DNA of 64,000 nt from Candidatus Omnitrophota bacterium (GTDB lineage Bacteria > Omnitrophota > Gorgyraeia > 2-01-FULL-45-10). The position numbers and the translations under genes were made by a program. The notes under the pieces were generated by a model that worked only from the letters and a program-made list of their open reading frames with translations, made no database searches and was not told where the DNA came from. Positions 57,626 to 64,000 of this stretch are shown one piece after another. The stretch is from positions 5,110-69,109 of the forward strand of contig JBAZNZ010000008.1 in NCBI GenBank assembly GCA_041648975.1, read 5' to 3'. Numbering within the stretch: position 1 is the first letter of the stretch; each line of letters begins with the position of its first letter.

Positions 57626-58201
57626 CTAGAATATCTCTACGCCGGTCTTTTTGAGCAGTTTGGCGAGTTTTGCGAGCGGTAGCCCAACCACATTATAAAA
57701 ACATCCCTCTATCCTGTCGATAAAGATGCTTCCGGGTCCCTGGACATCGAATGAACCCGCTTTGTCAAACGGCGATATCTTCCTGAAATAACTCCTGATC
57801 TGCCTGTCATCCAGGCGGTAGATATAGACCTTCGTCTTATCAAAATCCGTATAGGTCCTGCCTTTGTCGATATCAACGACCGCAATGCCGGTATAGACCC
57901 ACTGTGGTTTCCGTGAAAGGGTCTTAAGGGTCCTCATGGCGTCTTTCATGTTCTTCGGCTTACCTATTATCCTATTCCCGACGAGCACCACCGTATCAGC
58001 GGCAATGACCACGCCTGAGCCATTCTTGCCGGCAATGTCTGCAGCCTTCTTTACTGCATTGCGCATGACAAGCGATCTGCATGAGCCTGTAAGCAGATGC
58101 TCTTCCCTGACATTGGACTTTTCTATCCTGAACCTGAGGCCTATCTGGCGCAGCAGCCTTTGTCTCGCCTTCGATCCGGAAGCTAATATTATTTTACGCA
58201 T
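57626..58201 (-). CDS. maf: Maf-like nucleoside triphosphate pyrophosphatase
   Basis: MRKIILASGSKARQRLL. Confidence 0.85.
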   Translation of the reverse strand: MRKIILASGSKARQRLLRQIGLRFRIEKSNVREEHLLTGSCRSLVMRNAVKKAADIAGKNGSGVVIAADTVVLVGNRIIGKPKNMKDAMRTLKTLSRKPQWVYTGIAVVDIDKGRTYTDFDKTKVYIYRLDDRQIRSYFRKISPFDKAGSFDVQGPGSIFIDRIEGCFYNVVGLPLAKLAKLLKKTGVEIF

Positions 58202-58210
58202 AGTATATAT

Positions 58211-59398
58211 TTATTTGGTTTGACCCGCTACGAACCCGGACGCCCAGGCCCATGCAAGATTATAGCCGCCCCTCTTACCGTTCACATCAAGGACCTCGCC
58301 CGCGAAATACAGGCCCTTCCTTATCTTTGACTCAAGGCTATTCTCGATAACTTCCGACACGTCCACGCCCCCTGCCGTAAAGTCCGCTTCATTCCAGCCT
58401 CGCGTTCCCGATACTTTGAAGAGCCTTCCTTTCAATGCATCTGCCATCGCATCAGGCTGCCGGTCATGCGTTATCGCATTTATGACTGCTCCGAATTTAT
58501 TCGGGAGCATGCCGGCCGTCATATCTTCACGCGCGATCTTGTTAGTCATCTTTCTCTTTAACTCGGCCGATAGGCGGGACTTTGTCATAAAAGGTACCAT
58601 GTCAACCTCTATAATAACGTCTTTCTTACCGGCCCTCGTCAGCGCTATAGATATCTCTTCGCTCACATCGAGTATCGAAGTCCCCGATAGTCCGTATTTT
58701 GTGAAGAGCAGGTCCCCGGATGCCTCACACACTGCGCGGCCTTCGACGAGGGCTGTTACTTTAGCCGTTATTTTCTGTCCTTGAAGGGCATGGCAAAGCG
58801 GGTCCTTGACGACCAGAGGGACTGCGGAGGGAACGGGTTCTATTATGTTGTGACCGAATTTTTCAGCCAGCAGGAAAGCACTTCCGTCTGAACCGAGCGC
58901 AGGGTAGGATCTCCCCCCGCCGGATATAATAAGCGACCCGGACTCTATATTGCTTCCGGATCCGGCAGTTAAGATGAAACCTTCCCCCTTATCCGTAACG
59001 CTGACAACGTCGAAATCAACTTCTGCGGGGATCGCCAAACGTCCGAGCTCCAGCTCTAATACCCTCAGCACGGAGGCGGACTGGTTTGTCGATGGAAATA
59101 TGCGTCCATTTTCGGAATACAGGGAGAGGCCTAGCGATCCAAAAAAATCCGCGATCTTGTCTTTGCCGAATTTTGAGAAAGTGTTCCTTATGAGAGGTCT
59201 TGCGGCGGGATTGTAATATTCCTCGGACAGGTCATCGTTAAGAAGGTTGCACCTGCCATTGCCGGATGCGAGGATCTTCTTGCCGATCCTCGGCATCTTT
59301 TCGCATATCACTACGGACTTTCCGAGCCTCTTCGCGCTTATCGCGGCTGCAATGCCTGAGGCCCCTCCGCCGATGACGGCAACATCGAATTTAGGCAT
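58211..59398 (-). CDS. HI0933-like (BaiN family) NAD(P)/FAD-dependent flavoprotein
   Basis: DVAVIGGGASGIAAAISAKRLGKSVVICEK...SGNGRCN. Confidence 0.8.
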   Translation of the reverse strand: MPKFDVAVIGGGASGIAAAISAKRLGKSVVICEKMPRIGKKILASGNGRCNLLNDDLSEEYYNPAARPLIRNTFSKFGKDKIADFFGSLGLSLYSENGRIFPSTNQSASVLRVLELELGRLAIPAEVDFDVVSVTDKGEGFILTAGSGSNIESGSLIISGGGRSYPALGSDGSAFLLAEKFGHNIIEPVPSAVPLVVKDPLCHALQGQKITAKVTALVEGRAVCEASGDLLFTKYGLSGTSILDVSEEISIALTRAGKKDVIIEVDMVPFMTKSRLSAELKRKMTNKIAREDMTAGMLPNKFGAVINAITHDRQPDAMADALKGRLFKVSGTRGWNEADFTAGGVDVSEVIENSLESKIRKGLYFAGEVLDVNGKRGGYNLAWAWASGFVAGQTK

Positions 59399-59952
59399 CA
59401 GGCGCGCCCTAAGTATTCTCCGGTCCTTGTGTCGACCATGACCGTTTCCCCCTCTTCAATGAACAGGGGGACATTTATGACAAGCCCTGTTTCGAGGGTG
59501 GCCGGCTTCATCGCCTTGCCCGATGTATCGCCTTTTGCGCCGGGCGCGGATTCCTTTATCTTGAGGGCTACGCTGACCGGCAATTCTATGGCAATAGGGT
59601 GGTGCTCGTGATATAAAAGTTCGACCTCGAGATTTTCTTTCAGATAATCCTTCACAAGCGCCGCGAGCTCCGAGCTTATCGTCATAGTCTCATAATTATC
59701 CATATCCATAAAATGGAACCCCGAGTGGTCGTTATACAAATATTGTACCTTCTTTGACTCAAGATCGGCCTTCTCTACGGTGTCTGTCGGACTATAACGC
59801 CTGTTCAGGATCCTTGGGACCAGCAGGTTTTTAAGCGTGGCCTGATATATGGCCCTCAGGTTTCCCGGAGTCCTGTGCTCCATCTCTATCACGACGTAAA
59901 ATTCGGTCCCCTCCTTGATTATCATCCCCTTTTTCAACTCTGACGCTTTCAT
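59398..59952 (-). CDS. efp: Elongation factor P
   Basis: 184 aa. KPATLETGLVINVPLFIEEGETVMVDTRTGEYLGRA matches the EF-P C-terminus. Confidence 0.85.
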   Translation of the reverse strand: MKASELKKGMIIKEGTEFYVVIEMEHRTPGNLRAIYQATLKNLLVPRILNRRYSPTDTVEKADLESKKVQYLYNDHSGFHFMDMDNYETMTISSELAALVKDYLKENLEVELLYHEHHPIAIELPVSVALKIKESAPGAKGDTSGKAMKPATLETGLVINVPLFIEEGETVMVDTRTGEYLGRA

Positions 59953-59986
59953 TTTATCCTCTCGCTGTTACTATATGCCGATTATG

Positions 59987-60517
59987 TTACCGAACCTTTA
60001 TCTTTACCTCTTCTTCTTTCGCCTTGGCCTTCTTGGGTATCGTTATTTCCAATACCCCATTCATGTATGCGGCCCCGATCCCTTCACTTAGACATTCCGA
60101 AGGCAGCTCCAGCATCCTTTCAAACCTGCCGCTCGACCTCTCTTGTCTGACCATTCCGGGAGCCGTCTCCTTTTTTACGATCTCCCTGGCGCCGGCGATC
60201 TTGAGCAGCCGTCCATTTTCCAATGTCACTTCTATCTTGTCCTTCTCCATCCCGGGCAGGTCGGCCTTTACCATTATATCCTTGTCATTCTCAGTGATAT
60301 CCACCCTTACATCCTGGTCGAATACGCCGGCCGCTGCGCCCTGCTCAGGATATGTCGCGGAAATATCCCTGATAAATTTATCCATCTCCCGCTTCATCCT
60401 GACGAGCTTCGTCCGCAACTGTTCCAGATCCCTGTAATCCGCATCCGACGGGGTCTCGGCCAGCGCCGGGCCGGCCGCTAACACGCAGATCAATGCCGCC
60501 AATAGTATCTTTTTCAT
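59987..60517 (-). CDS. Periplasmic Hsp20/alpha-crystallin family small heat-shock protein
   Basis: Signal peptide, then VDITENDKDIMVKADLPGMEKDKIEV...NGVLEITIPK. Confidence 0.75.
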   Translation of the reverse strand: MKKILLAALICVLAAGPALAETPSDADYRDLEQLRTKLVRMKREMDKFIRDISATYPEQGAAAGVFDQDVRVDITENDKDIMVKADLPGMEKDKIEVTLENGRLLKIAGAREIVKKETAPGMVRQERSSGRFERMLELPSECLSEGIGAAYMNGVLEITIPKKAKAKEEEVKIKVR

Positions 60518-61138
60518 ATCACGCTCCTGTTTGTGCTGTCATTAGGATAGTATATATTTAGTCAAAATTCAAGGGAGAAATCACTCGCTCGCTAAAATTT
60601 TTACGGATCATCTTTATGCATGTTCACTTCGGCCAGTGGGCTTCGCCTAATTTTGATATCAAGAGTATTTGGATGTTACGTATATTATTTTGGTTATTTT
60701 GCTCTTATGGTAACTAAGGCGCTAAAGTAGTTTGGGTATTAGCGTGACTTTATCAAAATTTACGGCTCAACCCACATGGCCTCGTGACCATGCATCATCG
60801 TGCCATCCGTAAAGATTTCAACTCGCTCCTCCTAATAAAATCTTATCGCGCCTGACTCAGATGACAGAATTTTTGAGCGATTGCCATAGCGATTTTTAAC
60901 CTGTCCCTCACATAAAATTTCTTCGCTCGTACTGTAGGGGCAGATAACGGCAGGTAGCCCTTGAGGCGTTATATTTTGCCGGGGCCGCGCCAAACCACAA
61001 ACTCATTAGAGCCATTGTCTCCATAACAGCAATATAAAAATATATAAATAATACCAAACCTAAATACTCTTGACGGCAAAATTAGCCGAAAGGGCGCCTG
61101 CCGTTAAGCTGCCCTGTTGTAGAGCAAAAAATTTTATA

Positions 61139-61753
61139 CTAATCTTTCTTGAACGATACGGTAAGGTTAAAAGACATCCTGGGGAGGTTCAATTTCTGAG
61201 GGAATGGCGCGAAGGGCGCGGCCTGCTTGACGCTCGTAGCGGCTATATTTCTCAACACTTTATCTGTGGTGGATCCCGCGTTCTCTATCGCGAGCGCGAC
61301 CAGTTTTCCGTCGGAAGACAGCTCAAAGACAAGATTGACCTCGCCTTGCCTGTTATAATCCGTGTAATGGGCCTTCAACCTCTGCCTTATCTTCTCCCGA
61401 ATAAGCTGGTAATAATTGATGTAGTCTTTAGTGGACCTGGCCTGGGCCTGCCTCTTCGCAAGATCCTGGGCGGCCTCTTTTGCGGGCTCCGGACTTTTTG
61501 GTATTTGAGGCGCTGTATTGGCAGAGGGTTTAAGCTCGACGTCCTTCTTCAGCTCGACCTTACTGACGGCGGGCGTGCTTGTATCGCTTTTGGCCTCAAA
61601 TATAGCAGGCTCTTTTACGATTATGTAATCAACGGCAATAGGCTTAGGCTGCTCTACCCTATGCTCGACAGGGACAAGATTAACTAATGGTAAAAGTATG
61701 ATACAGTGCGCCACAGCGGAGATCGCCATAGAATTCTTAAGCCTGGTCTTCAT
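61139..61753 (-). CDS. tonB: TonB family energy transducer
   Basis: N-terminal TM helix, a Pro-rich spacer, and a C-terminal TonB_C-like domain. Confidence 0.65.
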   Translation of the reverse strand: MKTRLKNSMAISAVAHCIILLPLVNLVPVEHRVEQPKPIAVDYIIVKEPAIFEAKSDTSTPAVSKVELKKDVELKPSANTAPQIPKSPEPAKEAAQDLAKRQAQARSTKDYINYYQLIREKIRQRLKAHYTDYNRQGEVNLVFELSSDGKLVALAIENAGSTTDKVLRNIAATSVKQAAPFAPFPQKLNLPRMSFNLTVSFKKD

Positions 61754-61785
61754 AATTATAAATATACCTCACATCGGGCTCAAGG

Positions 61786-62463
61786 TCAACGCCCGTATTT
61801 TTTTATATCCAGGAACCAGTGTTTCCAGAAACCATCCTTCAATATGACCTCACTCTCCAATATTTTAATGCTTTGCTTAAAGATAGGGCCATCAACGACG
61901 AGCGTATGGAACTCCCCGTTTTCTCCGCAGGGACATATCTTCCGTGCCTCAAACTCCTTCAATATCTCCTTATCTATATATCTTCCGATAAAATCCTTAC
62001 CGAGGATACCGTCCCTGCAGCTTATTATAAGCGCCTTAAACCCCGATTCAATAAACTCTTCCGCTATCCGTAATGGAGGCACGTCCCAGAGCGGCTCTAT
62101 AGGCTTAACCCCCGCCTCCTTACAAAGACGCTCTATCCAGTTCACATTGTCCAGCAGGTATATGTCGCCGAATACCATAGAGCGGATACCCGAGGCCGTT
62201 AACTCCGCCAGGGCCTGGCGGAAGATATGCTCATAGTCCTTCATGTCCCGTGATACCTCTTTCTGAATAACAGGCACTCCGATCAGCATTGCCTGCAGGC
62301 GGACCAGCCCGGCGTCGATTCCGTGAAAACAGCAGCGCCCGTCCCCTTTCGTCACGAAGTTAAGGAGATGTTCTATCCTGTATCCGTCCTGACGCGCCTT
62401 GTAAAACGCAAAGCAGCTGTCCTTGCCTCCGCTCCATGAAGATACGGCAGATATCATATTCAA
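61786..62463 (-). CDS. Dph6-related / MJ0570-family PP-loop ATP pyrophosphatase
   Basis: SWSGGKDSCFAFYKA PP-loop. Confidence 0.7.
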   Translation of the reverse strand: MNMISAVSSWSGGKDSCFAFYKARQDGYRIEHLLNFVTKGDGRCCFHGIDAGLVRLQAMLIGVPVIQKEVSRDMKDYEHIFRQALAELTASGIRSMVFGDIYLLDNVNWIERLCKEAGVKPIEPLWDVPPLRIAEEFIESGFKALIISCRDGILGKDFIGRYIDKEILKEFEARKICPCGENGEFHTLVVDGPIFKQSIKILESEVILKDGFWKHWFLDIKKYGR

Positions 62464-62479
62464 ACAACCTCCTTATTTA

Positions 62480-64000
62480 TTAGAAGCTGGATTTTGCTCC
62501 CGCATAAGCGGCGAATGGGCTTTCTCCGAATCCCCTTACCTCTTCATACCGCTTATTGAACATATTGGCGATCTTCAGGTATATATCCAGGTTCTTCGCT
62601 ATTTTATAGTTTGTGCTGATATTAACAACGGTGTACGGCTTTAATTTGTCGACATTTACGTCGTACCTTAAGCCGTTTACAAGGACCTCAAGATCCACAT
62701 CCCACTTCGGCGAAATCTGCATCCAGGAGGATATCTTGAGTTTATGCAGAGGCCTTCTCAATAAAGGCCTGTCGGTGCTGAAATCTTTCGTATAATCATA
62801 TGTATATGAAGCTCCCAAATTGACCGTATCTATCGGTTTAGCCTTAGCGCCTAACTCGATACCGTAAGAGCGCGCCTTGCCCGTATTTTCAAATTTTGAC
62901 GTATAGAACACGCTGTTCGTCGTCGTATTTATGAGATCGTGGAGCATCAAATTAAAATAGGTTGCATTCAATATCAGCCTGTCGCCGAACAGATACTGGT
63001 CTATTCCCAATTCGTATGATTGGCTTGTTTCAGGCTTCAGGTTGACGTTGCCGCCGCCAAATCCACCCCAGCCCCAAGCGTCTGGAGAGGCCGCGACTGC
63101 ATTAAGCTGATATAGAGTGGGTACCTTGAGACCTGTAGCCCACCCGCCTCTGACCTTCGTTCCCGTTTCAAAGAGATATGAGCCGTCTACCTTATATGTA
63201 ATATGGGTCCCGGCTTGAGAATGGTGGTCTATCCTCATGCCCTGGGTAGACGTCAGCCTGTCTTGTATATTAAGCCTGTTCTGGAGGTAAAACGAGCCGT
63301 TTCTCGAGAATACCTTGGGCATATCATCCTCGCTGTTGCCTGACCCCCAGTCCAGATAATAGTAGTAGTCCCCGACCTCCCACGTATACTCATAACCGAC
63401 TGTGAAGACGTCAATCTCCCCCAAGTGTATATTATTGCGGTAGTCCAGCTTGAATAGATAGCCCTCATACCAATCGCGCAGGTAATACGCCCACCCGCTG
63501 TATCTATCGTCATTATCACGCCTGAAGTTGTACATCCATCCCAGTTTGACGTGGTAACTGTAATAATCGATCGGTTTATGTTCGACATAACTGGAGACCA
63601 GCGTTTCGTAGTCGCGCTGGAACAGGTTGGGATAATCCTTCCGGAAACTGTCATAGCCGAACCTTGTGGAAGTGTTCCTGAATGTGCCGCCGACCTTTAG
63701 GTCATCAATGGCGTCGTATTCTATTCTTGCCGATATGGCGTACCGGCCATATCCGTCAAGTTCCGGATTATTATTCTTTGCCTGTGCGCTCGAGATCCCG
63801 CGGCTCTTTTCGTGGGATCCGGCCACTGAATAGCTCAAGCCTTTCTCTTTTGATCCCATACCGAAAGACTCTTTAAATGTAGAAAAAGACCCGGCTTCAA
63901 ATGACGTGTTGAAATACGGCTCCTCCGCTTTCTTAGTTATGATATTGATGACTCCGCCTATCGCGTCCGAACCGTATAGAGCGCTCTGCGACCCGCGGAC
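62480..64000 (-). CDS. TonB-dependent outer-membrane receptor, partial: the N-terminus lies beyond the window end
   Basis: The C-terminal beta-barrel ends in the aromatic residue F. The reading frame stays open past 63859 to the window edge and encodes LYGSDAIGGVINIITK, a plug/barrel hallmark. Confidence 0.8.
   Translation of the reverse strand, partial: VRGSQSALYGSDAIGGVINIITKKAEEPYFNTSFEAGSFSTFKESFGMGSKEKGLSYSVAGSHEKSRGISSAQAKNNNPELDGYGRYAISARIEYDAIDDLKVGGTFRNTSTRFGYDSFRKDYPNLFQRDYETLVSSYVEHKPIDYYSYHVKLGWMYNFRRDNDDRYSGWAYYLRDWYEGYLFKLDYRNNIHLGEIDVFTVGYEYTWEVGDYYYYLDWGSGNSEDDMPKVFSRNGSFYLQNRLNIQDRLTSTQGMRIDHHSQAGTHITYKVDGSYLFETGTKVRGGWATGLKVPTLYQLNAVAASPDAWGWGGFGGGNVNLKPETSQSYELGIDQYLFGDRLILNATYFNLMLHDLINTTTNSVFYTSKFENTGKARSYGIELGAKAKPIDTVNLGASYTYDYTKDFSTDRPLLRRPLHKLKISSWMQISPKWDVDLEVLVNGLRYDVNVDKLKPYTVVNISTNYKIAKNLDIYLKIANMFNKRYEEVRGFGESPFAAYAGAKSSF

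Noticed and set aside
60518-61138. Tested the long non-coding region for tmRNA, RNase P, SRP RNA and TPP or cobalamin riboswitches.
   Set aside because: A tag-like stretch on the minus strand (AACTACTTTAGCGCCTTAG) loosely resembles a tmRNA tag reading frame. There is no tRNA-like 3' end (GGTTCGA.TCC...CCA) and no 5' acceptor partner. No P4 or other hallmark motifs of the other RNA classes were seen.

Overview
This 64-kb window is a gene-dense segment, about 90% coding, with nearly every gene on the minus strand. The source looks like an uncultivated, probably anaerobic bacterium, and the phylum cannot be assigned from this window alone. The core is housekeeping: cspA, def, panD, aroB, aroQ, accB/accC, thiC/thiE, gmhA plus a heptose adenylyltransferase, pfk, pgi, glgP, efp, maf, plsC, an unlisted rpsU, and tRNA-Gly(CCC).

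The features most worth a second look are:
- Five stand-alone PilZ (c-di-GMP receptor) genes between 3.2 and 11.6 kb, with a GAF-HD-GYP phosphodiesterase 10 kb downstream.
- An ExeA/GspA-like ATPase and GspB-like partner on the plus strand, driven by a canonical TTGCAA-17-TATAAT promoter and divergent from a TIGR04073-like secreted protein and a PilZ gene.
- tRNA-Gly(CCC) whose 3' 21 nt plus 86 nt of flank form a perfect 107-bp direct repeat around a 169-bp insert, which looks like an att-type mobile-element scar. A third degenerate copy of its core motif lies 12 kb away.
- A second, unrelated 28-nt palindromic intergenic repeat present in two spacers.
- A translationally coupled Arch_ATPase-type AAA protein and YfcE-like phosphoesterase.
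- A 1031-aa UvrD helicase fused to a Cas4/AddB-type Fe-S nuclease, next to dGTPase, a HIT protein and a divergent ThyA-like enzyme.
- A DnaQ exonuclease fused to a WYL domain.
- A TonB-dependent receptor, Dph6-like PP-loop ATPase and TonB operon.
- A 621-bp ORF-free region upstream of a periplasmic Hsp20.

No CRISPR array, integrase or transposase was found.
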